A stretch of 64,000 nt of DNA from assembly GCF_001194135.2 (NCBI RefSeq), contig NC_068981.1:173769644-173833643 (forward strand), written 5' to 3'. Under the pieces are notes generated by a model. It saw only the letters and a list, made by a program, of their open reading frames with translations. It had not been told where the DNA came from and made no database searches. Positions 39,125-51,547 of the stretch are shown here, in pieces (position 1 is the first letter of the stretch; every line of letters begins with the position of its first letter). The DNA comes from Octopus bimaculoides. Lineage: Eukaryota. The position numbers and the translations under genes were made by a program.

Positions 39125-39222
39125 CTGAAAAGATCACACACTTCTTCATTCAGTTTTATTCCGAACTCAGCACATACATCTTCTGAGGGTTTAGTATGAA
39201 TAATTTCTGAAATTGTTTGAAG
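39125..39222 (-). CDS. PMS2: PMS2 exon 7 (LQTISEIIHTKPSEDVCAEFGIKLNEEVCDLF)
   Basis: Resembles vertebrate LQSLIPF..PSDSVCEEYG; ttacag acceptor and AG|GTATTT donor; 98 nt. Confidence 0.92.
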
Positions 39223-40679
39223 CTGTAAGATAAAGTGACATTTCATTCAGTTTTGATGCAAAACTAATGATTTATTGTTTAACATACAACAGACAAATGT
39301 TTCCAGATTATAAAAGATGTTTTTTTTTCAATGACTAGATTTATATTTCCTTTGTTAATAAGTATTTGTTAGAATTATTGAAACAAATGTGTTATATAAA
39401 CATATTACTTATGTTTATCATTGTTAACTGTTAAATTATATGCTTAAAATTTTTTAGATAAGTTATTGTCACTAGTGGTCAAATGGCTTGGTAGAATCAT
39501 TAGAGCAACAAAATACATTGCAGTATTTAGTTATGGCCTTCTAGGTTAAAAGCTTAAATTCCACCAAGATCAAATTTGCATTTTATCCTTCTGGACTCAA
39601 CAGAACACCAGTCAAACACTGGGGTCGATTTAATCATCATCATCATCATCATTTAACGTCCGTTGTCCATACTGATATGGGTTGGACGGTTTTATTGGGC
39701 TAGCACGCGGGAAGGCTACTCCAGTCTGATAGAGTATGGTTTTCTACACCTGAATGCCCTTCCACTTCGAGAGTGTAATGGGTGTTTTTACATGCCACCA
39801 GCACGGGTGCCATTTGCATGACACCGGGGTGCGTTTATGTGCCACCGGCATGGGTGCCAAATGGGTTTTCTTCTCAAGCACGACATAATGCCAAAGGTTT
39901 TGGTCATTGCCTCCGTGAGGCCCAATACTCAAAAGGAACTCAACCACTTTGCCTCCATGGGGCCCTATAATTACCCACAAAGTTGTGCACATGTGCCAAT
40001 GTTAGAAATCATTATTATGAATGGATAAATATTCAGACTGTTGACCTTTGTAAAACAACCTTGTTTCCAAAAGGTGAGTTTGATAGACCAAAAAATATTT
40101 TCCATAAGTATGAAGTGAGTATATTATAAATTTTAACTGAGCTATCCAAAACAAATAGAATAAAATATCTTAAGAAATGACATGACTTTTAGTCAGTTAT
40201 ATAATAGATTTTAAAATTAACGAACATCTCTCAAATGAATGATCAATTTACATGATGAGATGGTTCACCAGAAGTAGTACAGAAGTTCTGTTACTTTAGA
40301 TGATAAAATTAGTATAGGAAATGTGCGTGTATATATAAAAAAGCAAACTATATGATGAGATTTATACAAAATACGATACTTCATGATAGTAAGTCTACAG
40401 TAACTAGAGAGACATGAGTTATGTACGGTAAGTCAGACTCATGAAATAAACTAGCTACAACACTTAATGAAATGGATTGAGAGATTAAATGAGTATCAAA
40501 GATATTGGCTGATGTATACAAGAAATATATACATGTTTGGACATGTAACATTAACAGATTAAATATGATATTTGAAAAAAATCACAGATGAGATAATATG
40601 GAACAGCATTGGCAAAGGAAAATTGATCAGTAAATATGACCTTTGGAAATGTGCTGTGCGTGAGAAGACCCGGCAAGCC

Positions 40680-41075
40680 AAGTAAAATCGTTGCCAGTGC
40701 CCCTGGACTGGCTCTTGTGGGGGTGGCACATGAGATGCACCATTTTGAGCGTGGCCGTTGCCAGTACCGCCTGACTGGCTCCCGTAGGATTTTCGAGTGA
40801 GATCGTTGCCAGTGCCCCTGGACTGGCTTGTGCGGGTGGCACATAAAAGACACCATTTCGAGCGTGGCCGTTTTCGTGCGGGTGACACGTAAAAGCACCC
40901 ATTACACTCTCTGAGTGGTTGGCGTTAGGAAGGGCATCCAGCTGTAGAAACTCTGCCAAATTAGATTGGAGCCTGGTGTTGCCATCCGGTTTCACCAGTC
41001 CTCAGTCAAATCGTCCAACCCATGCTAGCATGGAAAGCGGACGTTAAACGACGACGATGATGATGATGATGATGA
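40680..41075 (+). mobile_element. RTE LINE 3' UTR fragment with internal ~60-bp tandem duplications
   Basis: Ends cgtccaacccatgctagcatggaaagcggacgttaaacg(acg)(atg)n; repeated gttgccagtgcccctggactggc units at 40690-40830. Confidence 0.88.
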
Positions 41076-41360
41076 AATATCAAACAAACATAGATAAACA
41101 TGATATTATTATGGTAATAATGAGAATTATGTTAGCAACAACAACAATGATTATAAATGGAAACAGGGCAGTTGATGATTTATCAATATTTGAGAAATTA
41201 GTAACCTAAAAATAGTCATAATAAATGGGAAATAAGAGATATTCTGTGGATATTTAAGAGGTCTGAAATTACTTATTTTCCAGCATATCAAAAAAAAAAT
41301 TCATAAAGATCTAAGTTAATTGAGAGTGCAATGATAAATTTCTGCATAATATAAAATACT

Positions 41361-41742
41361 TTACTTTTTTACTTGTTTCAGTCATTTGACCGTGGCCATG
41401 CTGGAGCACTGCCTTTTAGTCAAGCAAATCGACCCCAGGACTTATTCTTTGTAAGCCTAGTACTTATTCTATCGGTTTCATTTTGCCAAACCGCTAAGTT
41501 ACGGGGACATAAACACACCAGCATCAGTTGTCAAGCGATGGTGGGGGGGACAAACACACACACATATATATATATATATATACAACGGGCTTCTTTCAGT
41601 TTCCGTCTAACAAATCCACTCACGAGGCTTTGGTCGGCCCAAGGCTATAGTAGAAGACACTTGCCCAAGGTGCCATGCAGTGGGACTGAACCCGGAACCA
41701 TGTGGTTGGTAAGCAAGCTACTTACCACACAGCCACTCCTAC
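41361..41742 (-). mobile_element. SINE family A, full-length
   Basis: Same consensus. Older or partial copies at about 9950-10110, 16150-16530, 18040-18400, 28730-29120, 32715-32870, 36090-36300 and 36420-36590. Confidence 0.88.
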
Positions 41743-41879
41743 TTTGCCAATAATTATTAGGAAACCTCAGTCAACATCAGGCTTTTAAAAGCAAACCAAA
41801 GTCTTTCTGTTTATTAATTCATAACAATAAATGTAAAAATGATTTTCTTTCTCTAAATGTTAAATTTGATAATACATAC

Positions 41880-41958
41880 TTGCTTTGTTCCAAAAATATT
41901 AGCGATATTTTCTTTAACTGAACACTTTCCAATTGATGATACAATTAATGATCTTGAT
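41880..41958 (-). CDS. PMS2: PMS2 exon 6 (SRSLIVSSIGKCSVKENIANIFGTKQ)
   Basis: KENIxxIFG motif; ttcttcag acceptor and CAA|GTATGT donor; 79 nt, phases fit both neighbours. Confidence 0.93.
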
Positions 41959-42905
41959 CTGAAGAATACCAAGAAAAGAAATTTTAAAAAATGAGAAAGG
42001 AAATTCTTATCTTTCAAAAATAAAATTCACAAATTCATTCATGGTTATAATAAACAAGTTTGGTATCAACATAATTTTTATGGCTAAATCTAAAACCTAC
42101 CAAGAACAAAAAAAACAAACAAACAAACAAAAAAAAAACTACATATAATTCAGTAGTAGGAAAAAAACTATATACAAATCGGTGTCAGAAAAAAATAATA
42201 AAATACTATTCCAACTACTAGTCACACCAACACACTACAAATACTAGCCTCAAGATGTACCAACTCCAACTTTTATCTCTTCTCCTGTTACAATAGTAGA
42301 TTTTGCTAGAAAACTGTACTAACTAATGCAATTATCTCTCACCCTCACATCAACCATACTTTGTCTTAATCCACAAATTATTTTCTCTTTTTCAACAAGA
42401 GCTTGCTCCTTACTCATCTTATCATTGCAAACATAAACCTACAAATGTTCCAACTGAACATCTACATCAAACCCATCAGTTGCCTTCACTTTCCAAAATT
42501 CAGAACATATCTCAATTCAGAAAGCTGTTGAGAATATTACGTTCCTGTGATGGCCTTTTAGCAAAGAAGAAACTTTTATCCCATCCACACAATACCAAGA
42601 AACTGTAGATGAGCAACAATCTTTATGAACCTTTTACAATTTGAGAGGCAATGATTTTAATTATCACTCATTCCTTAACTGAAAAGTAAGACTGGAATTT
42701 CACAGTGAAGCAAATATAAAAAAGTAGGCTCATTTTCTACTGCATTGCACAGTCTATTTTTAAATAATTTTAGTTTAAATATGTGTTGTCACCTTTTTAT
42801 TTATAAACAGAATTGATCACTAAGTTTAATGATTGTTCTTCCTTCCCAAAGATGTAATTTTATTTACTTAAATTCTTTTACAATGACTCTAAAAACATTA
42901 CTTAC

Positions 42906-43075
42906 CCTTTTCCAACCTGGTTATAACATGAAATCCTCACACCGACGTTAATAAGGCAGTAGGAATTCAAAACTTGAACCATTTTAAAGAATTCTTTTTT
43001 CAAGTTCCTTAAAAATTCTTTATGCCTAACAGGTAGTGTTGAAAACAAATTCTCCAATATGACAGTGCATCCTGG
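42906..43075 (-). CDS. PMS2: PMS2 exon 5 ([21 protein letters not shown]...NQVGKG)
   Basis: [12 protein letters not shown] motif; ctgcag acceptor and GG|GTAAGT donor; 170 nt. Confidence 0.96.
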
Positions 43076-43744
43076 CTGCAGATGAAAATACATTTTTAAG
43101 ATAGTAAAAAACATACTGTTCCCATTTGAAATAACTTTGAAACAGTTAAGTTAAATGCACATTCAAAGAAATTACATAAGGTTGAAGAAAAAAAATGAAA
43201 ATATTTTGACTTTGAAACATAATCATTTTACTAACATTTGAATTGTGTTTACTACAATCTCTAAAATTCTACGTTTTCGAAATCATTTTTATTTATATCA
43301 ATTAGTCAAAGAGCAGTAACTCTAGCCCTTAGAAGACCTATCAAGCTGACATGGTTAACATTAATGTTTGTAGGGAAAAGGGAAAACATGGGAAGAGAAG
43401 GAGCTTCAGAGGGTTTAACAAAATAAGTTAACAAAATAGTCATCAATGGCCTAACAAATATCTGTTATATGTGGGTTGAGAAAGAGATGACCACAATATT
43501 GGCACAAACCAAAGAAGAGTTCATCAGTCAAACAAATGCCTTTCTTATAGACGATGCCTAATATGCCATTAATTAAAGATTATGGACTATACCAATTACA
43601 TAGAACATAAGACAGAAAATTTCGATTTTGTATTTGGTTTGCAAGATTCTTGATGTAAACTCATCCATTGAAACGACCCTCCCGAGATACAATGAAATAA
43701 GACACAAAAAGTAAGGAAATATAAAAAAAATGAATGCAGCTTAC

Positions 43745-43950
43745 TTGTCTTGCACAAGGTGTGCATGAATTAATCTTTCCATGATGATCAAATTGGAGTT
43801 TTGTACCAACTGAAGCATTTATATGTCTGGTGATAATTGTTAGTTTACTGAGGGCACACAATGAACTCAATGCTTCTCCACGAAACCCAAATGTTTCTAC
43901 TAAGGTGAGGTCAGAAATATCCTTCAGTTTAGAGGTATAATGTTTCAAAG
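43745..43950 (-). CDS. PMS2: PMS2 exon 4 (LKHYTSKL...[16 protein letters not shown]...CARQ)
   Basis: HYTSK and GFRGEAL MutL signature; ctcag acceptor and CAA|GTAAGC donor; 206 nt. Confidence 0.97.
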
Positions 43951-44565
43951 CTGAGAAAATCCAAAAACAAGGAAAATTAATTTTAAACTTTTAAAATTCA
44001 GCATATAAGTATATTTTAAAGTTTTGTTTATCTATTTTCATTTATTTATTAGTTTTAAACACACACACACACAGTTCTATGGTAAATGTATGAGGTGGTT
44101 TTACTACACTTGTATCTGAATTATTAATACTTCCCCTGTCCCCAGTGATATTCAACTGAGAAGAATTTGATTTGTTATTAACTAAGAAAACTGAAGTGAC
44201 AATGGTTGCAAACATACAAAATAAAATAACAACAGCAATATTTGAACATGAGACCCTGGAATTAGTAGTTCAACACATTACAGCCCTATTTTATGTCGAT
44301 AATGACTCTACTTCAGATTTGGATATTGGTGAATTGCTGAAGTGGTATTCATTTTTTTTTCTCTTTTAAGTGGAGTAGTTTTCTGCAGGATAATCATTCA
44401 ATTACAAGGTGAAAAGGTAATTTTCAGCTAAGTGAGACTAAGAGTTACTTATCAAGGGACGCAACTCCTTGTCATTGTTGAGATACATCTGTAGATAAAC
44501 ATTTTAACCATACAGCCACTACACATCTCTTAGTATGTACCTTGGGTTCAAGATTTTTTAATATA

Positions 44566-44890
44566 ATTACCCCGTGCGCGTAAGCGAAAGCAAAGTATGG
44601 TAGTCGTTCGTCTTTCTGTGTTTGCAAAGTTACGGGAAAACGGTTGTGACTGAATTTTCACTAAATTTGGCAGAAATTCACTTGAGTGAGTGGCTCGAAC
44701 TCAATAAATTTTGGTTTGGTCAATCAAAATGCTTTTTTTCTTTGTTATATAGGCAAAAACAATAAACAGGGGAAATAACTCTTGACGTCATTTTTGTTGA
44801 AATATGAATTCCTCTGAGATTATTAAATTAAATTTTATTTATTCCTTGTGTGCACGCAGGGTATGCATCGCCCCTCCGATGCCTTTTTTT
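44566..44890 (+). mobile_element. Non-autonomous Helentron-associated (HINE/DINE-1-like) element
   Basis: 5' ttaccccgtgcg and 3' gcacgcagggta imperfect subterminal inverted repeats; 3' gcatcg-cccctc-cgatgc hairpin followed by a T-run. Confidence 0.6.
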
Positions 44891-45345
44891 TTTTCATTTG
44901 GCATATTTTTACTTGAGATTTTCCCTTCCCAACACAGACTAGAAGAAATGTAGTTTACCTCAAAGTCCAGGATGAGCTGTTAGAACCTTTGCCTCACTCC
45001 ATCATCTGCCATTAATACAATGGTAATACAAGAAAAGAAAATGTCTTGTAAACTATTTTATGATTGGAGAAACACTGAAAATATATTTTGAAGAACAAGT
45101 CAGCTCTGCTGAGCCCAGTCTGCACTGTGTTACAGAGTATGACCAAGCTCACAAGTACAAGGCATAAGTGAAGCATAATAGTTTCACCCAGAATAGATAT
45201 CAGGCCATGAACTGAAGCTATACCATTACATGGTATTTACATCCACAACACTAAACAGCATAAAATATACAATGCACCACAAAACAAAACAGCATATTAT
45301 AAGATGGCATTTGGAAAGAATTTAATGCAGCAACAATATACTTAC

Positions 45346-45432
45346 TTAAACCTTCAAAATTTTCTTCTGCCACACCACAACCATTATCAATAACTTCAAT
45401 CAACTCAGAACCATATTCTTTTAATTTAATTT
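45346..45432 (-). CDS. PMS2: PMS2 exon 3 ([29 protein letters not shown])
   Basis: DNGCG ATPase motif II; tttgcag acceptor and A|GTAAGT donor; 87 nt, phase 1 to 1. Confidence 0.97.
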
Positions 45433-46273
45433 CTGCAAAGGTTTTTAAATACAACAAAAGTATAGCTCAAATTGACATTGATAAAAACACAGATTAGATT
45501 AAATATTAGATAAGATGTCATAGGAACTGCCAACTGTATACAATAATTTGAAGTTGTTAATTCAATCCATCAGTGATAATAATAGCTATGATCAACCTTT
45601 ACTACTTTAATAAACTCAAATTAGAAGTACATTTCCAATTGAGCACATTTCCTCATGATAATTACTAAAATATGAAGTAGAAGCAGTACTTATTTTCAGT
45701 TACTGACAAGGTTGGAACCTCTGCTAATTATAATCATTAAGTTGCAAAGTTTCTAAACAATATAATAAACAGCTTTGTACAAAACATATAAAAAAAAATG
45801 TGAAGTTAAATCATGCTACAGCATTACTAAAATACCCACTTCATCTGATGCAAAAAAACCCAAAAAACATATGCTCACAAAAATAGCTTTATCAACAAAA
45901 TATACTTATATTAAAGGAAGGTTTGTATGCAACAATAATAAAAAAAAAGGCCTATTTTACTTTCTTATATTGTTATCAACACAAAATACTCTGAATGGAG
46001 ACAAAACTAGGTATGGCACAATCTGGCTGTGACAACTTTTTACTATCCCAAATGAAAAGCTGTTTGATAACTCAGTTCAGAACGAGGTTTGCATAATCAA
46101 GATGGATCATTTACATACTTTACATTACTAATATTTACTTCTATAGCAATAGTCTACTCAAACAATGTTGGCAAGGGTTTCACAAAAACAATTAAACATG
46201 AGATAATATTAACAAATTTCAATACAAAAAATAAAAATCAAAAAATTTCTAAAACAATGATGTTGATACATAC

Positions 46274-46461
46274 CGACAGTTGTGGCTCCAGCATCAATAC
46301 TGTTCTCAACAAGCTCTTTAACACCTGTTGCTAGGTTAACAATGACTTGACCAGAGCATATGTGATGAACTGATTTGCGATCAATTGCCTGGATAGTATC
46401 TTTCTGAAATGTTCGATTCTTCAGAAATTCTTCACTGTCATTTTGGCTGGAACTCATAGCA
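46274..46461 (-). CDS. PMS2: PMS2 exon 2 ([38 protein letters not shown]; GHKL ATPase motif I)
   Basis: MutL-family [13 protein letters not shown] motif; tacag acceptor and G|GTATGT donor; 188 nt. Confidence 0.97.
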
Positions 46462-47354
46462 CTGTATATATTAAAAATTATATGTTATCTAATATTCAGA
46501 GTATATAGGGATTAATCCCAGCAATAACCTTTTCAGGCTCTTCAATATTTTAAAATCATAAACAGAATGGGGAGTGGGGTTGAAAAAGATCATAAATTTT
46601 CAAAATTTTTATAGTATAAATGTGTTAATGGGGAGAAATATATTGAAAAACCTCATGATAAAGAAACGAGGAGGGTGTTCTTGGGATATGCTAGAAACAT
46701 AAGCCTAATCTCCCTTAAATCACACACTTTTTCCTGTGAAAATATTTACAAATATTTAATTTTTTTTTTATATCGTAAAGGCTGCTCTCATTTTTTTTTT
46801 AAGTGTATAGTGTCAAAACAATGACCAAAATTGGTTTGGAGTCGGGGACTGAGATGGGTAAGGCAAAAAAATATCATAAATTTTCAAAACTATTTTTTCA
46901 TAAAAAGATGCCCCCACATCATTTCGAAAGCCGAGATGAAAAAAAAAATTGGGAAAATCTCCGTCAAAACGGAGAAATTCCAACTTATGTGGGCTTCTTG
47001 ATTTGAAAATCCTCAACCAATACCCTTGGGAAAAAAATTCATAACAAATTCCTTTATAATCGTAATCTATGCTGTTTGAAAGGTATTTGTATAAAATAAA
47101 ATTTTATTAAAAGATANNNNNNNNNNNNNNNNNNNNNNNNNNNNNNNNNNNNNNNNNNNNNNNNNNNNNNNNNNNNNNNNNNNNNNNNNNNNNNNNNNNN
47201 NNNNNNNNNNNNNNNNNNNNNNNNNNNNNNNNNNNNNNNNNNNNNNNNNNNNNNNNNNNNNNNNNNNNNNNNNNNNNNNNNNNNNNNNNNNNNNNNNNNN
47301 NNNNNNNNNNNNNNNNNNNNNNNNNNNNNNNAACATATGCGAGCGTCCTAATCC

Positions 47355-48045
47355 GAAACGGGGCTAATGCAGAATCGCACCTCTCCTTGAAAAAGGCATT
47401 TCTTTGAAAAATATTTTTCGGATTCCTACGTTTTAGATGTCAGAAATTACGAATATGCAAAAAAAAAAAAAAAAAAAAAATTTAATTTCATCCCCAAATT
47501 TAAAATTTTGATTTTGTTTATTGAAAAGGTTGCAAGATGCAAAAGAAATTTTAGAAAAGTAAATGAGTAAAAATTTTACCGGTGAGTGTGTTAAATTATA
47601 AGGTACTAAAAGAGAATGGTTCTCCCCAGACACAACAGAATATGCTTCAACACACGAACTCACATAAAGAATCTTGCAAACCAAACATTAATATGTTTAA
47701 TAATTAATATTAAAAAGTTCTTCAAGAAGGGGCTCGAATTTCACCCCCTCCCCCAATTTAAAATGTTGAACATTTTCATCCATTTATTTATTTGTCTGTC
47801 TATCTATTTATCCCTATCCGTTTATTCATGGAATATATTTGCCAACAAAATGTGCCGGTCCTTTAGAAGACGGTGTTACTGTTGTTTTTAGCCCCATGAA
47901 GACATTCATATCTATATATCTATCTCTTTATACACATACCTATATGCTTATTGAATTAAAATTTTTGAAAACGTGGTTTCTTGCATATTCGTAATCTCCG
48001 ACACCTAAAACGTAGGAATCCGGCGAAATTGCATTAGCCCCTCCG
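47355..48045. mobile_element. MITE-like segment bounded by ~90-bp imperfect inverted repeats
   Basis: ggggctaatgc..ggattcctacgttttagatgtcagaaattacgaatatgcaa (47360-47460) is inverted to ttgcatattcgtaatctccgacacctaaaacgtaggaatcc..gcattagcccc (47980-48040). Confidence 0.65.
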
Positions 48046-49006
48046 AAACTCCACCCATGCATTATATGCCAGATAAACGCTTATATCGCTAACAATAGCA
48101 AGGTGTATATATTCAATTCTCTTTGTTGGCGAAGGTAAAGAATACGGACACCCAGTGTTTAGGGATAGGGTTACGCCGAAAATGGGTGCTGTGCGTATTC
48201 TTAATTTTCACCGAATTCTGGTTTAAGCACCCCATATAAACTCTCTTACAGTAAATATAGTTACAAAAATGCAGTATTAAACAGTTAAGCTACTATAACA
48301 TCTAAGGAATTGTGTATTTGATATTACAAAGAAAAAGCCCACAAAACGATTCAGTGTCACAGCTCTCATAAAAATCTCATAATGGTGATGTTGGTGGTGA
48401 GAACTAAGACACTTTAACCATGCAATAACTAGTGTTCTTAGCAAGACCTTTCTTCAAAAAAAAACCGTGGATAGGGAAAGAAGGGCAGACCGGAAGATGG
48501 ACAGACAATCTCAGTAAATGGACAAGTAAATCAAAGGAAACCAAGTTCTGGTACACAGCAGTGACAAGTCATCATCTGCCGTACATTACGACGGTGCCCC
48601 GACAACAACATTACAAACTGAGGGCTCGAGCAAGTAAAATTTATGGATAAATTAGAGAAGGGAATACTTCATCTACTTGAAAAGAAAACACCTATTACAC
48701 ACAATACCGAGTAATAAAGAGGCGAGCCTGAAAATGACACTATTTAATCGCAAGCATTATAGGGTTTAAGGCCGAAATATTATCGTACTGAGAAAAACAT
48801 TAACGTCACCACATGCCAACTACATTTCCCAAACAATCAGTTTTTAACACTTATATAAGCAAACAACGGTGAAAAGCACAAACCAGGTGTTCATACCATA
48901 TAACAGAACAAACTTACATTTCCTTTGTATATTTCCTAATGGATGAATAAATAGGTGTCATAAGACTGAGAAAATAACATTAAAATATATTAGTTGTTGC
49001 ACATAC

Positions 49007-49029
49007 CTGTCACTGTTATTTTCTTCCAT
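49007..49029 (-). CDS. PMS2: PMS2 coding exon 1 (MEENNSDS; an in-frame ATG at 49035 could add MK)
   Basis: ATG at 49029, 23 nt, then AG|GTATGT donor. Splices in frame (phase 2) to the CAG|TGCTATG acceptor at 46461. Same 23-nt length as I recall for human PMS2 coding exon 1. Confidence 0.8.
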
Positions 49030-51284
49030 CTTCATCTGTCGTCACGACGCGGGAGTTTTAATACAATCATATCTTTTAGGTTTCCCAACAAACTCACTAA
49101 CGAGCGCTTTAATTTCGTTGCTTTTCTTTTTCGTTTTATCAACGATGTATTCTTGCCAATATATAAAATAGTATTAAAAAATAATTAACTTATATCGAAC
49201 AAAAAGTTTTAATTTACTGTAAACAATTTATAATTGTCGATGCTATGAAGAAAGATAAATACTGAACATCCTTCGAAGCGGTGTAGTTATTGCAAATTTA
49301 ATTTAAAACTTACAAACTATTTTAAGACTTTTATTCAGTTTCTAATTGTTCTGAGTTGATTGTTATATATAGTAAATAGTAAATAAAGATTTTAATTCAC
49401 TGAAAAAAACCAAAAAAAATCCATTAATATGTTTTATAATTAATTATACCGAGTTCCTTACAGAGATAGTTCCGAGCTGTTGGTATACGAATAAACTTGA
49501 ATTGATAAACAAGAGAATTATTCTTTTTTCGCTAAGATAAAAACTAAATTATATTCTAATAAAACTATACTTTACATATTTAGTTTCAAAAGAGTTTCGT
49601 TTTGTCATAATGTGTATGAAAAATTTCCAATTTACTGCAATTTATGGGACCACTCGATATGATTATTAGTGACAATTTAGAATTGAAAGCATAAGTTGGT
49701 AGCGAATTGGATCAGAAGAGTCTTCTTTCTCTGGGTTATCATCTATATATAATCATTCAGAGTTATATAATGTATACATTAAAAAAAAAAAATCAAGGAA
49801 AATAATTATTCAAAGACATCACTTGAAAAATAATAGTTAGAGAGCTCACCTTGACTTTGTTGTCAAGTTAACAAGCACACACTACCAAGTAAACTCAAGA
49901 CGAAGAGCGGTGTTGTAAGTCGACCGATCGTCAAGTTATGCCGGATTTTAGAAGGAGACAAGTAATTAGATAGATTTGCATCTATACCTATCATCGGATT
50001 TTGTTAGAGCCCCACATGGTAAAGATGTGGATGGGAAAATGTAGGTAGAGGGTGATGTGCTAGCAACCCTCTCCCTTACTGTTCTACAAAGTAAACAACA
50101 ACAATAACTACGCAGAGGCAACCATGGTTGAAACAAGAACAACAACAAGCATTATTAAAAGAGAAAAAAAGCATGGTCATCCCTTATCTTAACTCCTGAC
50201 TGGGTGAAAATGATCAAACTTTAAACCTCTATAACCTTTTAGAAACATTTTTCTGGAAAAAATGAAGTAACTCCAGCAATGCAGCTTGGGCAAAGTGTAT
50301 TATTGTGCCAACGTCGGAGTAACCAGTGAACATCGAAAATGCCCAGAAGGAAGAAATATTATATACATAGCTTTATTCGTTTGCCCGACTTGTAGTCATA
50401 GCGAAATATTTTCGATAGTGACAAAAAGGTTGCTGTCTGCAAGTAGAAGGGGAAAGAGTAAGGAATGCACGGTGCTGACTAGAAAGGATAAAGGTGGCTC
50501 TGCTCTGATTGGCTGTATGCAAATGAGTTCATTACTGGGGTCCGGAATTCTCGTGGGAAAAAATTTCGCGTCCCGTACTAACCTTTCAGAGACAACCCAA
50601 ATGTCCCGTATTTAGTCCATTTTCAAATCTTGTAATAAAAAATATTTTTACTACCTTCTTTAGGTTCTTAGTTGTAACTTTATAAGTAATTATGTTTTCT
50701 TTTTTATATTCTCTTGATGAAAATAACCTAAATGTAACGAGTAAACTAGTGTTTGAAGTTTACACAAAACTGACGTGTTTACAACTTCATACTGTCAACA
50801 AAGTGTGTTACTACTTGCCACGGTGCACTTTTTCTTCTAACTTAAAAACTAATCCATCCATCCCCAGATGCCAAAACGTAAGTGTAAATTTCGTGATGCA
50901 TATTCCAGCGAATGGACATTTATCAAACAAGGTAGAAGCTGTTTTGAAGCTATAGATGGTCGAGGTGAGGCGCGGTGAAACCATCTAATAACGACTCCGT
51001 TCGGAAGGCTGGTATAATTCATATGTGCCAGTTGGAAAAGAGAGAGACATAACCGAGTAGAATGTTTGAGAAAAGATTTATTGATACGTTAACATGTGTG
51101 TCTGTGTGTGCGTCATGTATACAGAATAATAGATAGGCCGTCATGAGAACAAAGTGTATGTGTGTATAGGGATGGGTGTATGCGTGTGCGTTAAGTACAT
51201 ATAAGAATAACAATGAAGAAGAAAGTGAAAGAGTCTATAATGAGAAGTTAGACGAATGTTCATAGACACAAGAATGAGAAGTAC

Positions 51285-51547
51285 CAGTTCGTGGTCAATT
51301 GTACACGGGAGTTGAAATACTTTTTTTCTTCTACTCTAAGCAAAGGCCCGAAATTTTGGGGGAGGGGGGTCGGTCGATTAGATCGACCTCAGTACGCAAC
51401 TGGTACTTAATTTATCGACCCCGAAAGGATGAAAGGCAAAGTCAACCTCGGCGGAATTTGAACTCAGAACATAAAGACAGACGAAATGCCTCTAAGCATT
51501 TCGCCCGGCGTGCTAACGTTTCTTATTTCTTTACTGCCCACAAGGGG
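51285..51547 (-). mobile_element. tRNA-derived SINE family B (young copy)
   Basis: Minus strand gttagcacgccgggcgaaatgcttag..gttctgagttcaaattccgccgaggttgactttgcctttcatcctttcggggtcgataaattaagtacc. A second young copy lies at 61685-61890; degraded copies at 1-200, 250-420, 18540-18850, 25370-25560, 29560-29700, 30000-30300 and 58000-58160. Confidence 0.85.

Noticed and set aside
42230-42620. Exon-like sequence between PMS2 exons 5 and 6
   Set aside because: Stops in all minus-strand frames, and exons 5 and 6 already join in phase; probably degenerate repeat.
50953-50988. tagatggt...accatcta 8-bp hairpin and ATGGTCGAG|GTGAGG as a possible PRPF4B first exon
   Set aside because: The phase-0 donor does not fit the phase-2 acceptor at 60354; it lies at the break of the hAT ORF remnant.
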